Source: Glaucostegus cemiculus
Taxonomy: Eukaryota
Assembly: GCA_976551045.1 (NCBI GenBank)
Contig: CDPCPM010000050.1
Location: 11,160,001-11,224,000, forward strand
Reading direction: 5' to 3'
DNA: 64,000 bases
The translations under genes and the position numbers were made by a program. How positions within the stretch are numbered: the stretch's first letter is position 1; each line of letters starts with the position of its first letter. Under the pieces are notes generated by a model, which saw only the letters and a program-made list of their open reading frames with translations, had not been told where the DNA came from and did not search any database. Shown one piece after another: positions 1 to 11,560 of this stretch.

Positions 1-284
1 ATTTCCACTATCAAAATGTCTAAATTCAACAAAGGGGAACAGATAGTAAAAAAAAATTAAATCTGTCAAACTGCAGAGTACAGAGAAGGTTAGCAATGCA
101 GATTTATTTTAAGGAGTTTATTTTGTTTCACAAAGTATTAAGTAAAATTAATTATACTTTTTCTATATAAGTCACGGTCCATTCCACAGGAAAGTACAAA
201 AAGGCCAATGGACCAAGTCTAGGGAGAGTAATTTGATGTGATGTTGGTTAGTTTTACAAGCTTAGAGTTTAGATGGTTGTATAT

Positions 285-650
285 TCATTGCCTTATTAGA
301 TTCCACATCAGAAAGCCTGGGTCATGATCTAGAAGAATACAAGTTCAAAACCAATAAAGACATGTTAAGAATCTAATAAAATAGTCTTGAAATAAAAGTG
401 GCTGTCTTTTAGACGTTGTCCACTTGATTCATTGTGTTCATCAGCCAAACTTGCTGTGTCTGGCTTATATGTAACTCCAATCCCACACAAACATGGTTGA
501 TTCCTAACTATTCCCTGAAGTTCCCTGGAAAACTTTTCCAGGCTGCTATGTATCCTCTTCACGTGGACTTTGCAGTTCAAAAAGCCCATGGCCACCTACT
601 CAGGACAAGATATGAGCAATAATGCACTTGCTTTCCTAGGGATAGATACA
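285..650 (+). mobile_element. Decayed tRNA-headed chondrichthyan SINE
   Basis: Degenerate B-box-like 'aagttcaaaacc', body 'gtctggcttatatgtaactccaatcccacac...ggttgattcctaact', tail 'gagcaataatgc'; resembles a common shark/ray SINE recalled from memory. Boundaries approximate. Confidence 0.4.
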
Positions 651-717
651 TTCTGAGAAGGAGAAAAACAGGAGTGGCAGAAGGTGTAGATTCCATAAGC
701 ACTCAGTGTAGTATCTA

Positions 718-1330
718 CTTACAACAGCAAAGATTGCATTTAGTTTGTGCTTTTTACATATCAAACATTCTGAAGATGTTTCAGAGAATTCTTACCAAAC
801 AAAAGTTGACCATCAGCCATATAAGATACTAGGACAAATGAAGAAAAGTTTGGTCAGAGAGGTAGGTTTTAAAGAGCATCTTAAATGAAGAAACAATAAA
901 ACAATTGGAAAGAGGATAGGGAATGAAATCTGGGGTTTATGGCTTTTCTAGCTGTAGGCCAAACTGCCAATGTAATATGCACATACAGCAAGCAAAAAGG
1001 AAGGCCTTAATTGTAAGGGGTACAGGAGTAGGAGACCTTGCTACAATTATACAGATCAATCCTGAAGTATTGTGCAGTTTTGCTCCCCTGTTCTCAGTTG
1101 CCTTAGAGGTAGGGCAGTGGGGCATGTGGGTTACCTAGGCAGCTCTTGCTCCTATGTATTATGTTTCTGTGTTTCGTGGTACAATGATTAAAAATAGAAT
1201 TAACTAAAAATCCAGATGACAAATATCTGAGAGGGTTGTAGAACTGAAAGAAGTTAGCAAGATGAGGAGGAGCTAAGTTGTGAAGGAATTTGAAAACAAG
1301 GATGAGTACTTTAAGATTGAGGCTTTACTT
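718..1330 (-). mobile_element. Old L2-like LINE 3' region, fragmented
   Basis: 'acaacagcaaagattgcatttag...tttggtcagagaggtaggttttaaagagcatcttaaa' resembles the reverse complement of an L2-type 3' end; a similar element lies in the opposite orientation at 59880-60500. Confidence 0.5.
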
Positions 1331-2009
1331 AAACAGAGTGAGTTAAAAGAAAACCCAAACCAAAACTTTGATTACTTAGTGACACCATTAAATAAAGTGA
1401 CTGCCAGGTATGGCAATATGAAGTTGAGAGGCCAGATGTGGAGAGCAATCCAAAACGTACCCCTCACCCCAGCCTCCCTCACTGGTGGAGCAGGAGGTCA
1501 GATGTCTGGATATCTGACCACCAGCTGGTTACTGACTTCTGGGTTGTACTGTGCCCGTGTGGAATTTAAAGAAGCTGAACATCAGAGAGTGGATGGGTGG
1601 CAGTCCCCTGCTGAACCACAAGTTGGTGCTTGGTCCAACTTAAGGAAGGGACAGAATTGAAAAGCCACAAAAAAAACCTAAAGTTACAAACGTAGCACTA
1701 ATGCTTGGAGGTGTTGCTTCTCCGTTCCAGATAGCAGTAGAGCTCAGCTGATTGATGCTAACCTGTTTGATTTATTCAACAGAAGGTCAACACTGCAGAG
1801 TGGTTTGGAACCTTTGGATTCTTGATCGAAAGCATAAACTTCCACATAGTTCATGAATAAGTGCTCCCATTTTGCTTCTGTTGCTTTTTTTCATCTTAAA
1901 TCTGATCTGTATTTAAAGCACTTTAGTATAAATAGTCCTGTAATAGCAGTCTGTATCACAGACCATTATTAGTGACAGCAGAATAGGGGAACTATAATAT
2001 ATTACGTTA

Positions 2010-2013
<4 letters not shown>

Positions 2014-2051
<38 letters not shown>

Positions 2052-2068
2052 CGTGTGTGTGTGCATGT
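2014..2068. repeat. (TG)n/(CG)n microsatellite
   Basis: Directly visible alternating purine-pyrimidine run tgtgtg...gcgcgcgtgcgtgtgtgtgtgcatgt. Confidence 0.97.
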
Positions 2069-2719
2069 TTGTTTATAATGTGGCTATAATAACAGAAAAA
2101 TAAAAGGGCATAAACAAGAAGTTATAAATAATTACTCCAATGAGCATAAGTCTATGGCAATAATTTCCAAAAGCTGGGCCTATGAATGATTAAGGAAAGC
2201 AAAAACACAGAAGTGACTTTGTCCTTCTAGGTGAAGTAGTGATTCACTTGCACTTCTTCCATTCTAGTGTACTGTTTTTGCTCACAATGTGCTCTCCTCT
2301 ACATTGGAGAAATCAACCTGGATTAGGTGATGATTTAGCAGAGCACTTTCATTCAGTCCATAGTGTGACCCTGAGCTTCCTGTTGTATGTCACTTTAATT
2401 TTCCGTTCCACTTCCTCTTGGATATGTTTATCTGTAGCTCCTGCATTGTTCTAATGAAGCCCAAAATAAGCTTTAGGATCAACACCTTTTCTTCTGTCTG
2501 GGCACATAACAATCGTTGGGACCCAATACTGAATTCCACAATTTCAGATAATTTACTAAGATTATCCATCTGTGATAATAACTCCGTTTTTCTCTCTCCA
2601 CAGATAGTGTCTGATCTGCAGGGCACTTCTGCCATTATTCTTTTGGTTTTAAGTTTCATTAAGGAGTTGGCCTGCATTCTATATTTTAACACAACCCTTT
2701 GTATTCTCTCTCTCTTTCT

Positions 2720-2960
2720 AATTACTGTATCAATCAGGTGACTCCATAAACATCAAGATTACCTGGGCAACCGTGGTCTCAACCTATTGGAGATAACCCT
2801 TTGTCCTTTCCATCCCTCCCACTCTCTGTAAATTAAAATATTTTTTCTCTTATTTTCCTAGTTCTGATGAATAGTTTTCGACCTGTAATGCAAAACTATT
2901 TCTCTTTCTACTGATGCTGCCTGACTCGCTGAGTGTTTCCAACATTTTCTAATTTTATCT
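2720..2960 (+). mobile_element. Penelope-like element terminal (pseudo-LTR) fragment
   Basis: 'agttctgatgaatagttttcgacctg...gatgctgcctgactcgctgagtgtttccaacattttct' is homologous to the terminus of the ORF-bearing Penelope copy at 41408-41545. Confidence 0.7.
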
Positions 2961-3084
2961 ACAGCCGACACTTGGTTAAAGAGATGCACAAGTGCTTACC
3001 TAGTCACACAGAACCTTATAGAGAGAAATGTGCTGGATTTGTAACTAGTACTGGTACAATTGAAAACCCTTCAAAATTTCTTTG

Positions 3085-3430
3085 GCCTCTTTTTACCCTT
3101 GAGAAAGCAGTGGTGAGCTGCCTTCTGAACCCCTGCAGTCCATGTACTGAAGCTGTTCCCATGGTGCTGTTGGAGAGGGAGGTGCAGGAGTTTAACCCAG
3201 CAACACCTATGTCAGGATGGTCTGTGATATGGAGGAGAACTTGGCGGTGTTTCCATGAGCATGCTGATATTTTAAATGATACAGGGTACTGGCTTGTGAA
3301 AGTCAAAGAAACCTTGGCGCATTGTTAGGGTGGACCTTGTAGATGTTACACACTGCAGTCACACAATGTCGCTGCTGAAGGGTTTGAAAGTTTGAGGTGG
3401 TACTAATCAAGCCCCTAACTAGATATGCCT
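3085..3430 (-). mobile_element. LINE (CR1-superfamily, shark type) 3' end
   Basis: 'cccttgagaaagcagtggtgagctgccttctgaacccctgcagtccatg...gtcaggatggt' recurs at 52790-53060 and, inverted, at 27965-28185. Confidence 0.6.
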
Positions 3431-3435
3431 GGTAC

Positions 3436-3598
3436 ATTTTACTAGTCACATCCACAAGGAACTCCAAAAGGTTAATGAAACCAATTTTCAAAGATACATG
3501 TAGACTCTGCCAAGTCCTATTATTCTTTTCAATGTGTTCTGTTATTGTATCCTTCCACTGGTATTGGACTAATAGGTCAGTAGTTTCCTGTTTTCTCT
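3436..3598 (-). mobile_element. CR1 ORF2 fragment, inverted copy of 4059-4220
   Basis: Minus-strand translation NLLEFLVDVTSK; the reverse complement aligns to 4059-4220. Confidence 0.85.
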
Positions 3599-3904
3599 AA
3601 TACCCTGTTTGTGGTTACGGCAGCTCATCAGTTATCACAGTACTGGCCTCTGGAGGTAGAAACCCCATCACGTTCAGCAGAGAATGTGAGGAAGGGCCAT
3701 GGAGATAAATGTGAAGTTGTTTCTCAATTTCCTCTGGTGCAGCCTAAACATGTTCAACTCAACTCAGAAAATGGCAGAAGAATTAAACAATTACTTTGCA
3801 CATTACTGAAAAAGACACCCAAAACCTGCCAGATATGTGAGAGAAGAGTCTATAACTGAAGAAGATAATGATTAGTTAAAAAAAGGACTACATAACTTGG
3901 TGAA

Positions 3905-5420
3905 CTTGAGATCTGAAGGATCCAGTGACATGGATCCTATAGCTTTGAAGGAGATGGCTTTAGAAATGTTGTGAGCTCTGAATGTCACCTTCCAAAGATC
4001 AACGGATTTGGAATTGTTCCTTTGAATTCTAACATGACTACTAATCAAACAGAGGATGAGAGAAAACAGGGAACCATTGACCTGTTAGTCCAATACCAGT
4101 GGAAGGATGTAAGAACTGGACACCTTGAAAAGAATAATAGGACTTGGAGTCTACGTGTATCTTTGAAAGGAAAATCGGTTTGACTAACCTGGAATTCCTT
4201 GTGGATGTGACTAGTAAAATAGATAAGCAGGAATCAGTGGATGTGGTGGATTTGAATTTTCAAAAGGCATTTTATAAAATCCCACACAAGCTGTTAGTCA
4301 ACAAGGTTGAAGCACATGGAATTGGGAATGATGTACTGAACATGGATAGAGAATTGGTTACTAGACAGAAAGCAAAGAATGGGAATAAATTAATCTTTCA
4401 CTTGTTGACCGGGGGGGGGGGGGGGGGGGGGAGGGGTAGGTATGACAGGGAATCACAATCTGCTGCAATAGTTTGGCTAGGGGACCAAATGTCACATTTC
4501 CAAGTTTTCTGATAGTACTAAACTAGGAGGGATTGGAAGCATGGAGGAGGATGTAAAAAGGCTTCAAGGAGATATGAAAGCTGAGGAGAAGACAGCATAT
4601 GGAATATAATGTGGAAAAATATGAGGGCACTCATTTTAATGCACGTAACTGAAAAGTAGAATATTTGTTAAATGGTGAGAGACTGGATCGTGTTGATGTG
4701 CAAAGGGACCTGGGTGTGCTTGTACACAAATCATTGAAAGCCAACATGCAGCAGGCAATATAGAGGGCAAATGATATTTCAGTCTTTATAATAAGGGTTT
4801 GATTACAGGAGTAAGGAAGTCTTAGTGTAATTGTATTGGCTCTTGGCAAGACTGACCCGAGACTATTATGTATGGTTATGGTCTCCTTACCTCAGAAGTT
4901 TGCCATAGAAAGAATGAAGTAAAGATTTATCCAACTCATTCAAGGAATGGCAAGTTTGCTGAATTGAGAGAGATTAAACAGACTGGGACAGTGTTCTTTT
5001 GAGTTTAGGACAATGAAGGGGGTTCTCATTGTCTTCTACTAAGTTGTTAAAGGGCTTGGCTGGCTATTTGCAGGGAAGATATTTCCCGTGAGTAAGGAGT
5101 CCAGGACCAAGGGATACTGCTTCAGAATAAAGGGTAGACCATTGATGTCTGAGGCGAAGAGAAATTTCTTCACTTAGAGGATGGAAATCATTAGAATTCT
5201 CTATTCCAGAAGGATGCAGAGATTCAGTTGTTTCATTCATTCAAAATAGAGATCAATAGATTTAGTGCTGGAATCAAGGGATATGGTGTGAATGCTGAAA
5301 GTGGTATTGAGGTCGAAAATCAGTAATGACCCCAATGAGTGGCTGTGCAGGGTCGAAGGACCAGATGGCCTACTCCTGCTCCTATTCTATACGATTGTAT
5401 GATCTCCTGTTCTTATGTTG
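3905..5420 (+). mobile_element. CR1 (HER1-like) LINE, decayed RT region and 3' UTR
   Basis: LTNLEFLVDVTSKIDKQESVDVVDLNFQKAFYKIPHKLL matches the CR1 RT motif DVVYLDFQKAFDKVPH; 'QRDLGVLV' at ~4700; 3' end 'gatggcctactcctgctcctatt'. Many stops and frameshifts. Confidence 0.92.
4411..4431 (+). repeat. G21 homopolymer
   Basis: Directly visible; followed by aggggtagg. Confidence 0.95.
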
Positions 5421-7819
5421 TCATAGGACATTAGATGTTGCATTAAAGAACTGCTCCAAATACTCCTTCCTGCAATATACATGATCAGTCCCTTCTCTTT
5501 GTTAAGATTATGTTTCTTAGCAACAATTCTCATTCCATAATCCTTCCAGTCAAATCACTGAGTATTGGCAAGCTATTCTGATTTAGGGTCATCGCAAATC
5601 AGTCCAAATCTGATCTCACATGATGTAAACACACACATGGAAACCCAGAAAAGAGCTCGTCAACAATAACATTATCCCCATAATCTGATTCAAATCCACA
5701 TGTATTAGACAATACTGGCTCTCCTCAACTTACAAAATGAATGCATTCCCATAAAACATACTGTTTTGTGCAGTTTCATAAACCAAAAATGCTGGATGAA
5801 ATGCATTATGGATATTTTGTTAGTGAATTCCTGTGGATGGAAAGTGGTGTATTATTCATTATAGTGAAAAATAGATTTGTAAATAGAAAGACAAGGACAC
5901 TAAAGAATAAATAGCATTATGATGAATGTGGATAAGCCCATAACATTTAACAAAGAAAGATGTTCTGCTGTCGATGGACAGTGACACATTGTCATCTTTT
6001 TGTTTATCCACTACAGTCAGAATCCACAAGCAGGGCGTCATGCAATAACACCAAATAAAATATGGTTCTTTTCAGATTGCACTGTTAAATAATACTACAT
6101 TTATTTTATTCCCTCTAATTCTCTATTTAATCCATTTGATGTTCAGAATTCTCTCATGACATTTCTTTATGGTATCTAGTAATTGAGTGATTAGGGAACT
6201 ATTATTCATCTAACGTGTCCAGTTCCATGAGTTGATGATGTGATGGGATTGAGGCGAGAAGGAATTTTCTTCTCAGACATTGATGTCCTTGTAGTTTTAG
6301 GATAAGACTGGAGTATACAACCAGGAGATCATTTTCACCAGTAGCTTCAAGGTGCTGGTCATCTCAGGCACTCATTTTTCTGGTTACTGTGGGCTTGAGG
6401 AAACTAAATCATTAAGGCCTCCTTTACCTGAGTGGATCTTACTGACAGAGTGGCTATTTTATTGATTTGTTGGAGAGAAATTACTTCAAGGGTATAATCC
6501 CCCTTGGTGTGTTGAGGAAACTCTACCTGACCGCAAGTATGCACACACCTGAAATATGCCTTTTAGTCAACTTGCCATGTTTCTTTTTAGTATTTTTCTG
6601 ATCTGGAGAGGAACCTTTAAATATTTGTAGGAAGAGGTTAAAGCAAATGGCTTGGAAAATCAAAATGTTTAGTTATAGGATCAGTATTCAGCAAAACATC
6701 ACTAAATTGTAAAATTCTTAGCATCCACAATACATCTGGAAGAAGTTTAGAAGTCAACCTACATTTGATTTATTTAAAGTACACAGGTCTAACTGAGACT
6801 TCAACCAGTCGGCTGAAGAGTTTCTCCAAGTGATTTATTTAAGGGAAAAAGACATGCTAAAAAACTATGTTCTGTTACAAGATATAATATGGACAACAAT
6901 ACTGGGTTGTCACTGATGGAAGATTATCAAGGGAACTTCTCCTGAGCATAATGCAGTGCATTTCTAATCCCGGACTTGATTATTTAAAGAAGACCTACAG
7001 TTTTTCTGGTGCTGTGGTAGGAAGAAGTGATATTTGAATACTATCAAATGTCAAAATGCCCCTCACCTACTACAGTGCATGAAGTTAGTTTGTTACTAGC
7101 TTTATACGCTAAGCATCTTGTGGATTACATACCTGGGCATTGCTGGGAAATATATTACAGGGTGACGTTAAAGTACAGAAGTACGAAGACACAGATATTG
7201 TGATTATTTTTTCACATGACTTAGTATTGGGGCCAACTTGTTACTTGATTTCAGTTAAAACTTTTGATTTTCACTACCTTTCCCCACAAGAGTAAGAACT
7301 GATATTTGGGCATGGGTCCAAGACCTTCTGTTCCCTGAAGGGTGAGCCCTGAATCCAACCATCACTGGGAGTTTTTGTACAGCTTGGAGAACACAGTGAA
7401 GGTGGAAGCCCGCACCTGGAGCTGGCACCTATTTTAACCATGCTAATATCTTCGTCAAAAATATGGGGGCCTGGAGAGTGGTCCTGCGCATTCAGGGGAG
7501 AGAAATCCACCAAGACAAATCGAAGCACCTGGGCAAATCCAAAGGTCTTTGACCTCTGCCCAAGAACAGTTGATGCTTCTGTGGCAAAAGGGATAGAAGA
7601 TAGGAGGCTTTAATTGAAATCAAGTTACAAATTGCTCCCAATGGTAGGTCATGTGAATAAAAAAAATATCAAAACCTGTGTGCCTTTGGACTTGTGAGTT
7701 CTGTAGTCTGACACAATTCTGTAGTGTATTTCCCAGCAATGTCAAGGTACGTAGCCTATAAGACTGCTAGGAGTGTTATGATGGTAACAAACTAACTTTA
7801 CTCATAATAGTAAGTAAAA

Positions 7820-8109
7820 GGTACTCAGTAAATGGAGTAGCAACTCAGCCTAGACTGTGCAAAGATCCACCATGCTTTGTTTGACGCACATCCATATTGG
7901 GGACTTGCCTGCAAGTAAAAGGCATTTTGACATTCCTCAGGCACCATCCAGTACAGCCAAGGAAACAGTAATAGAAAACTCCTTTTGCCTGTGGACAACA
8001 TTGGGTTGGGCAAACTGCAGGCAAGTCCCCAATGTAGATGTGAGTCAAACAAAGCATGGTGGATCTTTGCACAGTCTAGGCTGAGTTGGTACTCCAATTA
8101 CTGAGTACC
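7820..8109. repeat. Long inverted repeat / fold-back (94-bp arms)
   Basis: 7820-7913 is the reverse complement of 8016-8109 with 5 mismatches; the mirror ORFs on both strands share MQRSTMLCLTHI. Confidence 0.97.
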
Positions 8110-10244
8110 ATTGGGCTGAAGACAGTGGCACTCATCACTGAACCACATTGATAACTTCTTCTTGGAAGACAAGACATTGAAAGAATTGGGGATAGCTCTA
8201 GTTTCATCCCACTGCTACCTACCCATTGGCAAGATGTTTATTTACATTCTTTGCACAGGGACACAAAGTAAATCCCACCTTTAAGAAGTACAGGCATGAC
8301 GTGAATTGGTGCAGTTTGTTTCAGATTTCCATCTCCATTGACTCAAAAAATTTTAGTCCCTAAGCCCAACAACTGTACTCCAAGTAATGCACAAAATCTG
8401 CCAGTAATTGACAATATCTTTAAGTAACACAAATGTAAGGCTATTATTCATGTTTGCTTTCTTGTGAGCAGCAATTGCATATGGGAAGTACCAGTTGTGC
8501 ATTATGGGAGGATCATCACCTTTACTGCTTTGTACTCTGTCAATGAGCACATTGTGCGCGAAGGAAGTCTCATTAAACACTGTACCCACTGTAGGTTATG
8601 AATAGTACTGTGATCAATTTTACACTACAATTCAATCTGTAAAGTTGAAAGTACATCCACTACTCTGTTACATTTCTTGGCCAATAAGTTTACTAATTTG
8701 TAGTTTAATTGACTGCAATTGCTTTAAGCAAATGTGAATGTTGACCAAGGAAACATCATAAATATATCCTTGGCTTCACACATGAGGACATTTTGCAGGA
8801 GAGCATTTCAAACCAGGAAGTCTGACTGACTTTCCCATTCAGAACTCAGGGTTGCATGTATAATCTGCAATATGGAATTACCTTTCTCATCCTCACTCTC
8901 CTGGTCATGGCATTTGCCAGGCCACATCTCCATGTGCTGGTGCTGAATACCAACTCTTGGTAAAGTAGATCAAAACCAGGATTTACCTGATTTCTTTGTT
9001 TCAACATCTTTCTAGATTCATTTGTTCAGTTATTGGAATGCTTTTGCAATGTCACTTTAGGAAATTTTAGATTTGCCATGATTGCTGTGATTGGAAGCCT
9101 CTTCTTCTGGTTATTCTACAAACTCTGCTTGCCATGTTATTTCCCACTGAAACATGACTGTGACTTTTAAATAAATACATTTTGGAGATAATAATTCATC
9201 TTCTGTTGTATGTGCAAAACATCAGTCTCCACTTCTCAAATTCAATGTGCATAAGTTACTATATGAAGTGATTAGCACATGCAACAGATGATAAATTCCA
9301 CCCCAGATTAATGCATTATTCTGGTCAGAGTATTAACATAACTGCAGAAAACCACATGCATCTGAAAGAAGAATTAGAAATCTCATTCAAAATAGATCTT
9401 ATGATTGACAGTACCCCATCCCATGCTGGTCATTATCCTATGTCTCTGAATAAATAAGGCAAATAATTCACTTCTTCTACCCAGGAGTTTATCAGGAATT
9501 TTGTAAGGATTTAATCAAGATCACTGAGGTCAATTTAGGGTCAGCCAGTCAGTCAGTAAGGAGCCATGGAAAAAGCTAAGTACAAAAAAAAATCCACTGG
9601 AAAACATACAGACAAAATCCACAAGTGTAAGTTGTCTGGCTGAAAAATATGAGTCTGTTTCAGTGTCTTTTCCAGCTTAAAGTCTATGTCCCTATCATGT
9701 AAATGCAGGTTTAACACTATTAAAATTCTTCTTTCTCTTATTGGCTTTGATATTTGTAGTTTCATGACCGGAATGATTAATGGACTATTTTGGGCCTTAA
9801 ACATTAATGTTTGCTCTTGCTCTGCTGAAGTCTAATATTTTCATCAAGGATCTTTGGCAAGTGAGTCCTGCAAAATGTACAGGAAAAATGATTTACAAAC
9901 AAAAAGGCAAAAATGGCAAATGCATGCAGGGAATGCAAAATGAAAAATGTCTCTCCGTCACCCTGTACCAGAGTTATGGCATACTCCTTAGAAGCACAGT
10001 AGCTGAAATAATTAAAGTCAGCTGACCCCACTGGTTCATTTCACCTCAGATTTGGGCGCCAGGACTTTATCACTGAGAAAATGAGCAATTCTCCCAAAAG
10101 CTCAGTGGGATTTATGAGCGACCTGGTACCTCTCAAGCAGATTAAAGACAGGCTGAAGCAAAACCTTATGGCCTTCAAAAGGCAGTCTGTGGTTCTCTAA
10201 GATACGAGAAGCATATTTCCCCTTTACATGCTCATTCCAGGTTT

Positions 10245-10420
10245 CATAGGATTAATTACAGCACAAAAACAAGCCATTCAGCCCAACTAGCCCATATCAG
10301 TGCTTTTGCTTTGCTGGAACCTGCTTCCTATTCAATTTCACCCAATCAGCAGAGGCTTCAATTCCTTTCTCCCTTTGATACACACCTTTTTGCTATTCAA
10401 TCCTTTTGCTATTTGCTTCA
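10245..10420 (-). mobile_element. Decayed CR1 3' end
   Basis: 'catagg...acagcacaaaaacaagccattcagcccaactagcccat' is the typical reverse-complemented CR1 tail. Confidence 0.5.
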
Positions 10421-11319
10421 ACTTTTCTATGGGCTGGCCCATTACATATTCAGCAATAATTCACGCTCCGAAGATAAAAGGAAAGAATAGCAAAACAAGT
10501 ATTGAGTTAATCTGCCTCCTATACTACAGTTATATGCAAAGTGATACAATTTGACAGAAAAGATGAAAGATCCACCACCAAGAGCATTAGCGAGATCCTT
10601 CTCCAAATGTCACCTGACTCAGATTCTTGAACATCTTGCAATCAGTACAATTTAAATAGTGTTGCTTCAGTATTAATCTTTCATTTCTCTTCTGAAACTT
10701 TCTTTTGTAGTCTTCTGGGCAAGAGTATAATTCATCACAACACCCACTCAAAGAAGTGAGACTTCTGCGACTATGGAGCTGTTTTTATCACATATTGTTG
10801 CAAGATGTAAACATCAACACCTATATTTTCTATGACGTGTTCACAGGGACTGTTCAGTTCAACTTAAGTCATTTGGAAAAACTTCGTACACTTGTGGCTT
10901 ATTTTAACATTCTCTTTAAGGAATGTATGTTATATTTGCTTAATGTGTACTTTTTAATCACAGAAATCCCTTTTGCTCCATTGTGTCTATGTTGCATAAG
11001 TGAGGGGGATGGGTGATGTAGTCAGGAGAAATTGTTGCTTTGTTGCATGGTTACAAGGGACAATGTAGTGGCTTAGAAATTGCTTTACAGCATTTAAAGC
11101 AGTTAAAGCAGTGTTGCTGTTGCCTTGATGCTGTTCCATTAACTGCATGAATTTCAATTACAAAGATCCTTTCCCTACGCTGTGTCAGATTTGGTACACA
11201 CATTGCTTTGATGTATTGCAAAAGTTCTAGCAACAGCTGGAAGTTAGACTAGTAACTGCAACCCTTCCCCCCCCACCCCACCCCAACTTAGAAAGGGTCA
11301 TGCCATAATATAAGCATCA

Positions 11320-11560
11320 TTCTTCAGGCTTCTAAGTTGCTGCATAAAGAATAGATCCAGCAATGATGGAGGGCAGGGTGGTTAAAGAATGATCCCAGGG
11401 GCTATGTGTTCTATGTGTAACAAAGCACAGGGATCCTCCAGGATTACAGCCAGGTGCTCCTGCTGGAGTTGCCAGAGGAGTCTCTGTATGGAATAATGCT
11501 ACATACATGCGGACTGAATGCCTGCACTTTTGGAAAGGCTGCAATTCTAGCAAAATATCC
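11320..11560 (-). mobile_element. Harbinger/PIF transposase-derived relic (copy 1)
   Basis: Minus strand reads GYFARIAAFPKVQAF, then (frameshift) MYVAL, resembling the HARBI1-type motif FARIAGFPxVQGAIDCTHVAL; downstream DNA is homologous to 22870-23080. Confidence 0.65.

Noticed and set aside
1280-1660. 126-aa ORF
   Set aside because: GTG start within a decayed L2-like fragment, no recognisable domain and no splice support.
7825-8097. Mirror-image ORFs on both strands
   Set aside because: They follow from the inverted repeat and encode no recognisable protein.
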